NCBI GenBank assembly: GCA_951406725.2
Contig: OX597820.1
Coordinates: 38,502,001-38,566,000 of the forward strand
Length of the DNA: 64,000 nt
From: Octopus vulgaris
Lineage: Eukaryota
Reading direction: 5' to 3'
A program made the position numbers and the translations under genes. This document shows positions 1 through 13,162 of the stretch, piece by piece (position 1 is the stretch's first letter; every line of letters begins with the position of its first letter). The notes beneath the pieces were generated by a model that was not told where the DNA came from, did not search any database, and saw only the letters and a program-made list of their open reading frames with translations.

Positions 1-559
1 CATAATAATTCATAAAATAGCAGGGTATAGAAACTCAGCAATTTTCAGCCGTGATGAATGGACAAAAGCAATCGTTGCGATTTGTATAAAAATTAAAGAC
101 TGTTAGTTCAACCTTCCTGTTTTATAAGTTTTATATATATATATTTAAAAATGTGTAGAGGTAACACACGAGTAAGTAGATATTTATGAAAAATTAGAAC
201 GAAAATGCTACTTTCTTAAAACTTTCTTCAAACAAATTTTCCTTTAAATAAATACATTAAAAGATGAATGTTTTGGTTTTGTTTTAGATGATTCGGTTTT
301 TGAAAAGCCATATCAAAAATATGTACTAAAATGGAATATGCAAAGAGAAAAAAGAGCTATTAATAAAATTAACATTCATAGTCTACATACATTTTTTCGG
401 CAAGAAACGTGGTGATTTGCGTTAATTCTCGTGGCAGGACAAGTGGATCTGTCTGTGACTGCAAATTACTACTGATTTGGTAAAATAAATATTGTGATGA
501 CCTTTTTTTCTATAGGAGTGGCTGCAGTAGTCGAATAACTAGCAGCAATAATGATAATA

Positions 560-1140
560 GTAGTCGTTGTGGTGAAGTTGTTCCCACTGGGCTTTTAATA
601 GAAATTGGGTTCTTCCACCTTTGTCTTTATTTCTTATGAATAACTTCCATATGTACATGGCTGAGAGATATTTTCCTGCATTCCTGAACCCTAATTTGAG
701 ATTTGTTCCCCGCCATCCTCTGACGTAGACTGTTGTTTTGTGTGTCCAATATATTGCCGTTTGCATCCCGAGCATGTAATTAAGCCAATCAAGTTCTCCG
801 ATGCACATGTAAAATTAGTTTTCATAGTGAAATTATGGCCCTATTCTAAACGGTATTCTGATGATTCTATTATGTTGATACAGATCCCACAGTTGGGTCT
901 CACCCATTATTTTACTGTCGGCTTAGTGGTTATTGTTGAGTGTAGTTTGGCTTGGGTTCAAATCTTTTTCATTGATTTTGATTGTGTCTTACTTTTGATG
1001 ATTGTTTGTGTTTTGAGGATGATTTGATTCATCTTTGGGTCTCTCATGAGTAGAGTTGTGCTGTGGAGTATAGTGTTGGAGGCCTCACTGCTATGTGGGT
1101 TGTGTGTGTGAATGTAAGGCAGGGTTTTCAATTTTTCTTT
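560..1140 (-). mobile_element. Decayed Penelope-like element 3' fragment (GIY-YIG endonuclease remnant)
   Basis: Minus-strand translation around 740-825 reads MKTNFTCASENLIGLITCSGCKRQYIGHT, matching the FTC.S.N.IY.ITC..C.KQYIG.T motif of PLE GIY-YIG domains. It is frameshifted and adjoins (TA)n. Confidence 0.65.
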
Positions 1141-1149
1141 CTTCTTTCG

Positions 1150-1192
<43 letters not shown>

Positions 1193-1346
1193 GATATACG
1201 TTATATGATGTATAAAGACATGTAATATTCAAATATATATCTGTAAATATAAAACCATCCGAATTTCTGAGTACCTCATTTCTTCTAATACAAAATACCT
1301 GTACATCATCTCCAAACTTTCTAATATATATATATGTATACACACA

Positions 1347-1422
<76 letters not shown>

Positions 1423-1430
1423 CAGACACA

Positions 1431-1726
1431 TACGCGCGATGTGGTACACCAAAGAAACCGTAATTTTGCAATATTATTTTATTCACATAATTTTAATATG
1501 ATTATACTTTATCGTCTTCGGAGTAGTCATCATTTGAAAAAATGGCTTGTTCGAAGGAATCCTGGTAGTCTAGTGTAGTGGTGACTTTTAATATCATTAT
1601 TTCTTCACCTCTTTCACATCTTTAAAACGTTTTCCTTTAACGACTTTTTCATTCGGAGGAACAAAATACGTTGCAGAGAGCAAGATGGGGGTGAATAAGG
1701 AGGGTGAGTAAACGGGTTTGTGCCAT
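1431..1726 (-). mobile_element. Decayed mariner, 3' part (interrupted by the Gypsy element)
   Basis: Minus strand gives HPPYSPHLALCN (the mariner HPPYSPDLAPxD motif) and KGKRFKDVKEVKK. Continues at 7852. Confidence 0.7.
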
Positions 1727-2479
1727 TGTAGCAATAACCATTTTAGCCATTTTGAAATGTGGCGCGAATTGGCAATATGACGTAATGTCTTTGCTGAAGA
1801 ACTATCATTTTCGTTTTTTTTCCATTGGTTAATATAACTGCTCATATAAAGATTCTAGAAGTTTCGAAAAGAATGTTTGTCCTGAATTTCGATTCTTTTT
1901 GGTCAGGTTGAGCAGTTATAAAAACCCTAGATTTGGGGAGAGACTTTAGTGTTCGTTGGTGTCACATAACTCCACGTCACTCACTCTTTTGGAGGCATCG
2001 GTAAAATTTATGCCATGTCCGAGTTAATCACAAATCTATTTTGATTTGTTGGTTAACGTATTAGATAGAAAGAAGAAATTAGCTAAGGAAATTATAGTCG
2101 TTTTTTCTCCACAACGAAGTTATCTTTCTTACTGTAAAAAAATATAAAATGTTATATTTCTATAATAAAAAATAATTAAAGAGAATATGTTTCTCTTCAC
2201 GTTTGTTTTTCAACTGAGCATAGATAAATATGCATTTCTGTAATCTTTGATTTATGTTTCTTATAGCGGTTTAAAGGACACGATTAAAATATTCAACATA
2301 CATGGTCGTTGATGTAGCGTTCCATGCGTATATGTCTCTATAACTGCAGTGAGGGTTTTATATATAATGATAACACTTCAGTATAAGTGACGTTGAATCG
2401 TTATATTCTCCCTTACTCAGAGAAAAGCCTAAATAAATAATATAACCTAAGAGAAAGCTTAAGGTAGAATAACCGAAAA
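1727..2479 (+). repeat. 5' LTR
   Basis: Begins TGTAGCAATAACC. Direct repeat of 7077-7838 with roughly 20 substitutions and a few indels by eye. Confidence 0.93.
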
Positions 2480-2480
2480 G

Positions 2481-2523
2481 TGGTGACCCCGACTAAAACA
2501 GCCATAGGAAAACCCGACGTGAT
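2481..2523 (+). promoter_or_regulatory. Primer binding site complementary to the tRNA-Trp 3' end (split/partly duplicated)
   Basis: TGGTGACCCCGAC (2481-2493) and CCCGACGTGAT (2513-2523) together give TGGTGACCCCGACGTGAT, the reverse complement of the eukaryotic tRNA-Trp 3' end. Confidence 0.85.
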
Positions 2524-2845
2524 AGCCTATAGGAAAACCTATAGAAATAAATTTTTTAAATAAAAAAAAAATTATAAACACCGACAAACTGGTGGAAAAA
2601 TTAATAATCTAATAAACATAAATTACAGAATTATTGCATAAATACTTTATTAACAAATAGTTAGAAGTAAGTTGAAACAAGAACGCTGAAGAAGAAACTT
2701 TAGAAAGAAAATTTTAGCTGCACTTTCTAGCAATATGAAAATTATATTTTGAGCTGTTAAAAGCTTAATAACATAACGAAAAAAATATGTTTCCTTTGAG
2801 AAAATATTCATACATATAATGGAGCAGAATTTAAAATAATTTGAG

Positions 2846-3662
2846 ATGTCATATTTCGATAGAAATTACACACAAGCTTCTGTTAATGTATTGCCTAGTC
2901 ACCCGTGGACTGGAGACACCGTAATTTAGTTGGCACAACTGGAGGCAAGCTTTAAAGCTAACAAATTTACAAGTGAAGAACAGAAATACAATATAATGCT
3001 CAGCAATTTACCTCCACCTCTAAGTAATGAAATTAGAGATTTGCTACTAAACCCTATAAAACCAGTTTCTTATTGTTCCATTAAAGAAGAAATATTGAAA
3101 CGAGCATCAAATTCGAAACAAAAAGAATTTGCGAAGTTATTCAACAATGAAGAGTTGGGTAATAAAAAAACCCACACAACTTCTGCGAAGGATGAATGAA
3201 CTTCTGAGAAATCAGCAGATAGAATAATCTTATCTCAAAGAAGTGTTTTTCAGTAAATTGCCATATAAAACTCAAACTTTGCTTTCGGCCGTTAAAAGCC
3301 AAAACTCCATTCAACAGTTGGCAGATTTAGCAGACGGTATTCTGGAATTATCGTCCAAAGAAACTGTAAGTGCAATTCCATCTATTTCGAATGAAATACA
3401 GGAATTAAAAAATTGTTATGAAAAACAATTTGAATTATTAACAAAAAAAATAGAGAGTTTGCAACACGAAAGAAATAGTCGCTCAGCTCAATGAAAGAAT
3501 ACAAGATGGCGCAGGAGATTAAGGAGCCCTAGTTTAAAAAGAAACGCCATATGTTGGTACCATACAAAATTTGGAAACAAATCATTCAAATGTATTAAAC
3601 CTTGTGCATTTGATTTCCTAAACAAAAAAAAAGGAAAATTCGGGAAACTTCTGAACCACAGA
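2846..3662 (+). pseudogene. gag: Gypsy gag, disrupted
   Basis: ATG at 2846 is in frame with ORF 2930-3199 across a TAG at 2927. Frameshift near 3170 into the 3243 frame. [18 protein letters not shown] (CHCC) knuckle at about 3551-3606. Confidence 0.85.
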
Positions 3663-6600
3663 TTGGATGCGACGAAATCTGTGGATAACATCATAAAAAG
3701 TCGCGTATTTTTCGTCTATGACTTAAACTCAAAAGAAAGGTTTTTAGTTGATACAGGAGCAGCTTGTTCAATTTGGCCTGTAAAGCTTTTAAAACAAAAA
3801 ACCAAACCTGTATATTTGACTCTTCAAGCAGTTAATCAATCTGAAATCCAAACATTTGAAGAGATTGGCTTAACTCTAGATATAAATTTAAGAAGAGAAT
3901 ATAAATGGATCTTCATAGTAGCAGATTTACCATATCCAATATTAGGAGGGGATTGTTTGGCACACTACCATTTAATGGTAGATGTTAAAAAACAAAAATT
4001 GATAGACACAGAAACTTCATTAAAAATTCAAGGAATGAGATGCAGAAAAAGCACAGTTAGTCCATTGTATTTCATAGCGTCCTCGGAAAATAGATATCAC
4101 AGGATTTTGAAGAATTATCCGAATATCACGAAACAATTAGCTCTAAATACCAAGTGTGTGCATTCGGTAGAACATCACATCGTCACACAAGGACCACCAA
4201 GTTTTTCTAAGCCGAGAAGATTATCTCCTGAAAACTTGAAGGCAGAATTTCGGCATATGATGGATCTAGGTATAATCCGTCCTTCCAGTAGTAGCTGGTC
4301 AACACCATTAGTTATGGTAAAGAAAAATCTTATAGACTGGCGACCTTGTGGAGACTTCAGGCAACTTAATGCAAAAACAAAAGCAGACAAATATCCGATA
4401 CCCCACATTATGGACTTTGCAACTTCTTTGAGTGGTTGTACTATTTTTTCAAAAATTGATTTAGTCAGAGCATACAATCAAATTCCTGTTGCAGAAAATG
4501 ATATACCGACGACAACGATTACCACTCCATTTGGTTTATTTGAATTTCTTCGCATGCCTTTCGGATTGAGGAACGCAGCAAACACTTTCCAAAGATTTAT
4601 GGACGAAGTAACAAGAAATTTACCTTACGTATTTGCTTATATAGATGATATTCTCATTGCTAGTCCAGCAGAAGAAGCACATGAAGAACATTTAAAGAAA
4701 TTTTCGAAAGATTGACGAATTTTGGCATTGTGATAAATCCATCAAAGTGTGTTTTTGGTGAACCCACTATATCTTTTCTGGATCATCTTATAGATAAAGA
4801 TGAAATTCGACCATTACCAGAAAAAATTGAAGCAATAAAAAACTTTCCTGTACCGAAGACTTTAAAGAAACTCAGAGAATTTTTAGGGATAGTTAATTTT
4901 TACAGAAAGTTTATTCCTAAAGTCACTGAAACCCTATATCCCTTAACTGGGCTATTAAAAAATAGAAAGAAAAAAAATGAAGCCATAACTTTAAAAGAAA
5001 CAGAATTACAAGCTTTTAGAAAAATTAAAGAGAAACTGTGTAAACCAACACTTTTAAACCATCAGGTTCCTGAAGCAAAATTATCATTGATAGTTGATGT
5101 TTCAGATGTTTGAATCGGTGGCGTTCTACAGCAATTTCATTGTAATTCCTGGCAACCATTAGCATTTTTTTCAAAAAAATTCAAAGCACCAGAAACTAAA
5201 TACAGTGTGTACGGCAGAGAATTGTTGGCAGCTTATTTGTCAATTAAACACTTCAGACATCTTCTTGAAGGTAGGTCATTTACTTTATTCACTGACCATA
5301 AACCATTAACATATGCGTTAAAAAGTTCTTCGGAGAAGTATTCTCCTAGAGAAATTAGACACCTTGATTTTATTTCACAATTTACTGCGGATATACGTTA
5401 TATCAAGGGTGTTGAAAATTCAGCAGCAGATGCACTTTCTAGAATGAATGTAGATGCATTAAACTCATTAAACACTATAAATTTGGAACAAATGTCTAAG
5501 GATCAAATTGCAGATAAAGAACTTTCTTTATATAAAAATTCCAATTCAACTTCTTTAAAATTTAAAATGTTGCTGATCCATTCGTGTAATTCACATATTT
5601 GGTGTGATATTTCTACAGTTTTTTCGAGACCATTTGAGCCAGAAAAGCATAGAAAAAAAGTTTTTTCTAGCTTACATAATTTATCTCATCCAGGTATAAA
5701 AGCTTCATTGAAGTTGATATCAAGTCGTTTTGTTTGGCTTGGTATGAATAAAGATATTCGTTCTTGGGTAACGTCATGTATGAAATGTCAAAAATCAAAA
5801 GTACAGCGTCATATCAAAGCACCATTAGGCACATTTGCAAATCCAGATGCGAGATTCCAACATATCCACATCGATATAGTTGGACCATTAACTCCATGTG
5901 AGGATAATATCTATTTGTTGACGTGTATCGATCGCTTTTCGAGATGGCCGGAGGCTTATCCGATAAAAGACGTATCTGCAGTAACTATAGCCAAAACCTT
6001 ATTTACCAATTGGATGTCTAGATTTGGCATAGCAAACACAGTGACAACAGATCGTGATAGACAATTTGAGTCTAGCCTGTTCGCAGAATTCAATAAATTG
6101 TTGGGGATTAATAGAATTCGTACAACTTCATACAACCCACAATCTAACGGAATGATAGAAAGGTTCCATAGGCAGTTGAAATCTTCATTAAGAACTTATG
6201 ATACTAACAGTTGGTTAGAAGCCTTACCAGTCGTATTATTAGGAATTAGAACTGCTGTTAAAGAAAATATACAATATTCTACTGCTGAACTTTTGTACGG
6301 AACAACATTAACTCTACCTGGTCAAATATTCGAAGAAACCAATTCTTTTAATGGAGATGTTAATGATTATGTAACTCGTCTTAAGAGATTTCTTACTGAT
6401 ATTCCTTCTTTTACAAGAAAATTGCAAAATGTTAAAAGCTTTGTTCCTTCTGATATAAATTCTTGGACACATGTATTTGTACGTAACGATGCTGCTCATA
6501 ATTCACTGAAATATAAATACACCGGACCTTTTAAAGTCTTGTCAGTTAGAGACAAAACTATGACTTTGGAGATAAATGGCAAAAAAGAAATTGTCAGTGT

Positions 6601-6819
6601 CGACAGAGTAAAAAAAGCTTATTTCGACCACCATTCATGTCATGAAAAAGAAGATATGAGCAATACATATCAACATAACTTGAAACAAAATGATATTCAA
6701 AGAAACAAATCCAATGTTAATGGAAAAAAAAGTCAATTTTGAAATTACCTACATATGTGAAAAAGACTAGAAGTGGCAGAATGGTACATTTTCCAAAAAA
6801 ACTTTCTCAGTTTGTTTGA
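3663..6819 (+). pseudogene. pol: Gypsy pol (protease, RT, RNase H, integrase), disrupted
   Basis: [10 protein letters not shown] protease; [14 protein letters not shown] and YIDD RT; TDHKPL and ADALSR RNase H; HNLSHPG..CMKC, HIDIVGP, IERFHRQLK and YTGPF integrase; terminal TRSGRMVHFP. Frameshift ~4712, stop 5111, frameshift ~6730. Confidence 0.95.
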
Positions 6820-7061
6820 AGATTTTCAAAAAGTTTTGTTTATATTCCTGGATTATATATATAAAAAAAATTTCCAGTGAAATGAAATGAACTGTATATG
6901 AACATTATAATTGTAAGCCGTATTGGAAAGGCTAATTTCATATGTTTAACATGTAAATTATAAGTGCATTTGTATATATTGATATGTTGTAACCATTAAT
7001 TCAAATGTATAAAAAAAAATATGTATTACGAATTTCCTTTCACAAAATTTTAACAATTTTT

Positions 7062-7076
7062 CTGGCGAGAGGCTGA
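7062..7076 (+). promoter_or_regulatory. Polypurine tract (degenerate)
   Basis: CTGGCGAGAGGCTGA lies immediately before the TGTAG start of the 3' LTR. Confidence 0.6.
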
Positions 7077-7851
7077 TGTAGAAATAACCATTTTAGCCAT
7101 TTTGAAATGTGGCGCGAATTGGCAATATGACGTAATGTCTTTACCGAAGAATTATCATTTTAGTTTTTTTCCAATTGGTTAATATAACTGCTCATATAAA
7201 GATTCTAGAAGTTTCGAAAAGAATGTTTGTCCTGAATTTCGATTCTTTTTGGTCAGGTTGAGCAGTTTATAAAAACCCTGGATTTGGGGAGAGACTTTAG
7301 TGTTCGTTGGTGTCACATAACTCCACGTCACTCACTCTTTTGGAGGCATCGGTAAAATTTATGCCATGTCCGAGTTAATCACAAATCTATTTTGATTTGT
7401 TGGTTAACGTATTAGAATAGAAAGAAGAAATTAGCTAAGGAAATTATAGTCGTTTTTCTCCACGACGAAGTTATCTTTCTTACTGTAAAAAAATATAAAA
7501 TGTTATATTTCTATAATAAAAAATAATTAAAAAGAATATATTTCTCTACACGTTTGTTTTTCAACTGAGCATAGATAAATATGCATTTCTGTAATCTTTG
7601 AATTATGTTTCTTATAGCGGTTTAAAGGACACGATTAAAATATTCAACATACATGGTCGTTGATGTAGCGTTCCATGCGTATATGTCTCTATGGCGTTAT
7701 AACTGTAGTTAGGGTTTTATATATAATGATAATACTTTAGTATAAGTGACGTTGAATCATTATATTCTCCCTTAGTCAGAGAAAAGCCCAAATAAATAAT
7801 ATAACCTAAGAGAAAGCTTAAGGTAGAATAACCGAAAACCGCCGTAGGAAA
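7077..7851 (+). repeat. 3' LTR (plus 13-nt extension before the TSD)
   Basis: TGTAGAAATAACC...AACCGAAAA matches the 5' LTR up to 7838, followed by CCGCCGTAGGAAA and then CCAT. Confidence 0.9.
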
Positions 7852-8450
7852 CCATTTTTTTCAAGGATTATCTCACACTCAAATTGGTGTGTGCAGCTGC
7901 ATTTCCGCGTGGAAAAAAAACACTCTCCTCTTTGGCAATGGTCGAGACATTTTCGTTTCACTGCTTCTCGTAAACGCTTCAGAACTGCAAAGTATAATGT
8001 CTAGTTAACAGTTGAACGAGGAGGAACAAATTCTGTGTAGACAATTCCTTTCGCATAGATGAAACAAATCAACATTATGTTGACATTAGACTTCGCTCGA
8101 CGAACTTTTGGGCGGGATGTGGCATTGTAATATTGAATGCTTCCATTGACTTGATTGCTGTTGCTTTCCGGGTCGTCACCCTAGCCCAAGCTCTCCCTGA
8201 ACGAAGTCGTTATTGGAGCGACCTAAAGCGTGAAAACCACTCGTAAATTGTATTTTGCTCATGGAAGCGTCTTTATAAGTAGTGTGAAGTATGACAACTG
8301 TTTAGACCGACGTGTTCCCAAACAGAAAGCAGAATTTCACGGAAGCACACTGTCCCTTTCATCCATTTCAATATATATACTGATATATTGTAGGAAGCTA
8401 CAAAACCGAGGTATCTATCTTGCATTTCGATTACATATATATATAGTATA
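7852..8450 (-). mobile_element. Decayed mariner, remainder upstream of the Gypsy insertion
   Basis: Rejoining at CCAT restores aaaaatggcacaaacc (KNGTNPFTHPPYSP). The rest is highly degraded and the boundary is approximate. Confidence 0.5.
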
Positions 8451-10625
8451 TCATCTAAGTGATATTAGCCAATTGTAAACTTCCATATAAGGAAGGAAAC
8501 CGTTTTGCGGTAGCTCTGTCAAAATGTCCTCTTTGATCTTTTTGTCATAGTTGTTTTCTGCCTGGGTATACCGTGTGATATGCGCAGTAGTTAGTCACTT
8601 TTTATTTTCATTTTATTTTTATTTTCAATTTATTTTCGTTTCTTCTCGGTTTTCTTGTTTCTTCATTCATTATATTTTCTTCCTTTTTAAACTAATTTAT
8701 TTCAATACTTTTTGTTTCATCTGCATCATATAGAAACTCTTAAAATCGTTTTGTGGCTCTCTTACACACCTTGAATCTATGTTTTATGCATGTGATCAGA
8801 TAACCGCATTCGAAAAAATCAGTGTTGTTGACCTTGATATATTTGTGAAACGTTCTTAATTAACTTTAGCTGTTTTCTATTAAGATGTTTCATCTTGAAG
8901 TTTGTCTTTTGTGGTCTCCTATTATCTTCTTTACAATTTTTCGGTAATCTTAACAACTGAGAGTAGCCTAGGTGTTTCCAATATAGTTAGGTTTTCTCTA
9001 TATTAAAGATGTTTCTTACTGGTAATAGAGATAATTGATGTATTGAGGGTTGGTTGTTGATACTGGCTTAAAGTATACTGGATAGAGCTTAATGTATGCT
9101 ATAAATTGAACAGAACATGACCTCCAGTCATCTGAACTTCCAATGTCAGTGACTGTTTTAATGAAAATATTATATCAATATATTAACATTACAATGCAAT
9201 AATAGAACGTTATTTCTTTCTCTTGTTTGAGGACTACAGAGTTTAGCAAACTCGTTCGATTATTCATACTCCTCACCTGTACGTCGAATTTTCTACTTTT
9301 CGAAGGTAGATATACAGTTATGACGACCTGTTCTTGACAGAAATTGCAACATTAGATTTACCGATAGTATTAGAAACGACCTTCATCACGTCTTTTAACT
9401 ATTTTCAAAAAAGTCAACATTAAATTGACATTCTTCACAGTAAACTGTAATTGCTTTCTGTAAGTCAAGTAAACGGGTATGGCGCAAACAGAGAAAATAA
9501 AACCACTTTATGAACGTTATAACCTTTAGGATATATGCTCTTGCTTGTTATAATGTATCTAACCCTTTCGTTTTTCGGACGATATACAATGCCCGCTTCA
9601 CTTACTGCAATGGATGTTTAAAATGGAATGCTTTCAAAGGAAAAAACAAGCACTTACATTAAAACCGCCAATAGTACAAAGGGAATATTAACTAGTGTTA
9701 TGCACCCTATAATTCGAAATAGCTACGCCGGTTACAAAATATTTTCATTAACCTGATGGCATCTCTAATCCTATTTGAAGAACTGTAAAAATCCCCGTCC
9801 CAAACTTGACTTATCTGCTTGTCAAAATACGAGTCATCTATCATCTTTCCGAAGACTTTCATTGTACTCGGAGCTACATTGTGCACTTACGAATCTAATA
9901 TGCTTCAGTAAATAGGGTTTAACAAAGGAACACGGCGTGTACCACAAACATGTACGTGGGCCTCAGATTTAATACTTTCAGGATCAGATATAATAATCTA
10001 TTTTTTAATATTTGCTTTTATTACGGTAACATCATCATGTATTACCTTATTTTCAATGTAGTATTGTAATCATTATATCCAATTCGTCTTATCAGTGCAT
10101 TCGACATTTTCACCAACTATCTCCTCAAAACATTTGTTTCTTCAATTTTCAGTTTTATGCTATCATTTGCTCTCTTCGATTTGAGTGAAATAGACGATTT
10201 TGCTTTTTCGTCTAATTGTATTTTCTGGTTTTCTGCTGCTTTTGATTTTAATCGCTGCTTTATGTCGCAATTCACGGCCTCAATTTCCCCAGAAATTTAC
10301 TGTTCTGTGTTTTCTTCTAGTTTACCTAAAGAGTAAAGATCATTCCTCATGAAGTACATAAATAGTTTATACTACAAGGCTCAAAAGTTTTGGGGACTGG
10401 ACTAAGTCGATTATTAATGGACACCAAAGTTGATGTGCTACTTATTTCATTGGCACTGAAAAGATGAAACACAAGCTTTTACTAGGAAGATTTTGAACTC
10501 ACAATATTATGACGGATGAAATGCTGCTTAGCAATTCTATTGCACGATAACGACTCTGGCAGCTCTCTGCCACGTATACACACATACATACATGCATGCA
10601 TGCATAAATACATACATACATACAT

Positions 10626-10740
<115 letters not shown>

Positions 10741-12054
10741 GGAGAGTTTGTATGAGTGTGAGTGCGTTTGTTCCTTATGCATTCCAAAACCAAAACTGAT
10801 TTTCATGTAGGGGGTATTAAAAGATTCAGTAAACTTTGCGCTACGAACCAAACTATATTTTCATTCACATATTTGCACTACAAAAATTTAACATTATCAT
10901 CTTTATTTTAGTCACCTATCGTAAACGACATTTTATATCACCATCACAACGGCAATGACCACATTTTCTATATTAGTGTGTTCGCACGTTCGTTACCTAA
11001 GTTAGGTCGATAATTGACAAGTATATGTCAGTGGCTTCGTATGTCTCTGACACACACGCACACACACCTAAAGACAGAGACAGGGACACACTCGGCGGCA
11101 GAGATAGGCTTCAAGTGTGCGTTAATGTGTGTGTCTCTTAAGTTATGTAACTTCCCTTCCCACCAACAGTGAAACGCGCCGATATTGAAAGTTTACTTGC
11201 GACCTAGACTTCAAACAAAAAACAACGTTCACTTTCAAGTAGTACCAAAATGAAGATTTGGCTGATTTAACACCACTCACAATACTCGCAAATACATCTG
11301 GAAAAAAATTTTATTCTGGTTATTTTAAGAAATTCGGAAAATTGCCGAAGTAGAAAGCCTCAGCATGTCTCTTTCAATATAATTACAGAAATGTTATTCT
11401 GCTCCTTCTAATCAGTTTCAAGATATTTTTAACAGTCCTTGTATTCTTCATCACTGTGAGTTTCAATGACGCACAACCTTTTTTACTGCGTTACTCGGTA
11501 TTTATTCTCCAGACTTTAACGATACACAGTTTAAAAATATATTGTAATGACAAATTGATTTATATCTTGCTACACAGAACCTTCGGCAAATATTTTTAAT
11601 TAACGCTCGCAAGAACAGCATCATCCTTTTTATACACTTGGTTCAGCGTTCGTTTCAAAATTGTAAAATAGATTATTTTTGTATGAAAAAATGAATTGTG
11701 CCTTCTGAATTTTCTTGGACTTTCACTTTCTTTGCCGTGACATTCATTCAATTGTGAATTTGATAACATTTAGTACATGTTCTAAATAAATGTTGGCTTT
11801 CTGTACTGTCTTACATTGGTGATGCACACTAACTTTTACTAAATTGGTGACTTACCATTTTTATAGCATAACTGTACTGCAAAATGTATGTTTTGCACCT
11901 ATATTGACAACATTTCGTTTCGCTTAACTTCGTTTGTGTACGTTTTGCTTTCTTCAATATTATCTTTTGTATGAGTGTGTGTGTGTTTGTTCCTGCGTTC
12001 ATTACGTCTATAGTAAACTATAGTAAAGAACATTTTACGCTGTTTTTACACGAG

Positions 12055-12290
12055 TCCACATCTAATGAAGTAGCCATACTTATGGTAGGTGATCGTATTG
12101 ATATTCTCATTCGTGTTCGAGATAACAATCTTAAACGTGTTTCACATACTTATCCATCTTATGATGTTCTCCAGTAAACTCTTATTCTGTGGAATGGACA
12201 AGATGGATATTATTTCAATATTCCTCGGATTGAACCGGTAAAAGGATAGACAATTACAAATAAAAGGGTGTCGTCAAATTACTTCTATTA
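12055..12290 (+). mobile_element. Helitron RepHel N-terminal fragment
   Basis: TSNEVAILMVGDRIDILIRVRDNNLKRVSHTYPSYDVLQ*TLILWNGQDGYYFNIP matches the recalled EVA..VGD...RDI......L.RI...H.SYD.LQYPL.F..G.DGY motif of Helitrons. Confidence 0.75.
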
Positions 12291-12327
12291 TTATCAACTG
12301 ATGTTAAGACCAAAACAATCAAATCTT

Positions 12328-12525
12328 TTCTACTATAAGCACAAGGCCTGAAATTTCGGGGGAGGGGACCAGTCGATTACATCGACCACAGTGTCTCAAT
12401 GGTATTTAATTCACCGACTCCGAAAGAATGAAAGGCAAAGGTGACCCTGGTGGCGTTTGAAGACAGGCGAAATACCGCTCAAGCATTTTGCCCGGCATGC
12501 TAACAACTCTGTCAGCTCGCCACTT
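12328..12525 (-). mobile_element. tRNA-derived SINE, family 1
   Basis: Reverse complement of the GGCGGCGAGCTGGCAGAA...GTCGACTTTGCCTTTCATCC...GGCCTTGTG type also seen at 31572 and 45402. Confidence 0.75.
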
Positions 12526-13085
12526 TCCAGGACAATCAAATCAAATCAATTACACATGTCAAATAAACTTTATTTTCATTTATATATTTCTAAGTTATCT
12601 AAATAACCAGTTCTAGTTATTGCAACTACACTTCTCTACGACGACCAGGTTTCATTTAAAAAATGAACCAAACTTACGAAGTGTTGCATTCTGAGAGTGA
12701 CGATGTGTGAATAATGAAAGTAATGTTTCTCCAAATTAGTCACGTCTGTTATAATAATGAAAGCTGTCTGTTATCTATCTACCAAATAAACTGTTTTTCA
12801 CTCAACAGCTCTTTCTTACAATTAAAATAACCTCGGCATCTAGGTTGTGACCTCGGAGAATATTTTGATTTGCTCCTAATGTATCACTTTCGTCCGATGT
12901 TTCACACATGTGTAGAATTCTACTCAGGCGAACATTTCTGAAAATGTACACAAATATTGTATTAAAATTAGCTACACCCAACAAAATTCCATTAAAAGAC
13001 ATCTATTTTTTTATATATTATGAGGAAATAGAGACTCTCCCTCTCTCACACAGAGAATAGATGTATGCCCATGTATTTATAGGCG

Positions 13086-13162
13086 AAGGTCAAGAATACG
13101 CACTCCCGGTGTTTAGGGTTAGGGTCACTCCGAAAACGGGTGGTGTGCGTATTCTTTACCTT
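13086..13162. mobile_element. Small MITE-like hairpin with internal TTAGGG repeats
   Basis: AAGGTCAAGAATACGCAC ... GTGCGTATTCTTTACCTT inverted arms flank GTTTAGGGTTAGGGT. Confidence 0.5.

Larger units (their letters stand above)
1727..7851 (+). mobile_element. Full-length Ty3/Gypsy LTR retrotransposon, CsRn1/Kabuki-like clade, lightly decayed
   Basis: Two ~755 bp LTRs, tRNA-Trp PBS, gag with CHCC knuckle, pol in PR-RT-RH-IN order, purine-rich tract before the 3' LTR, and a CCAT 4-bp duplication at 1723-1726 and 7852-7855. Confidence 0.95.
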
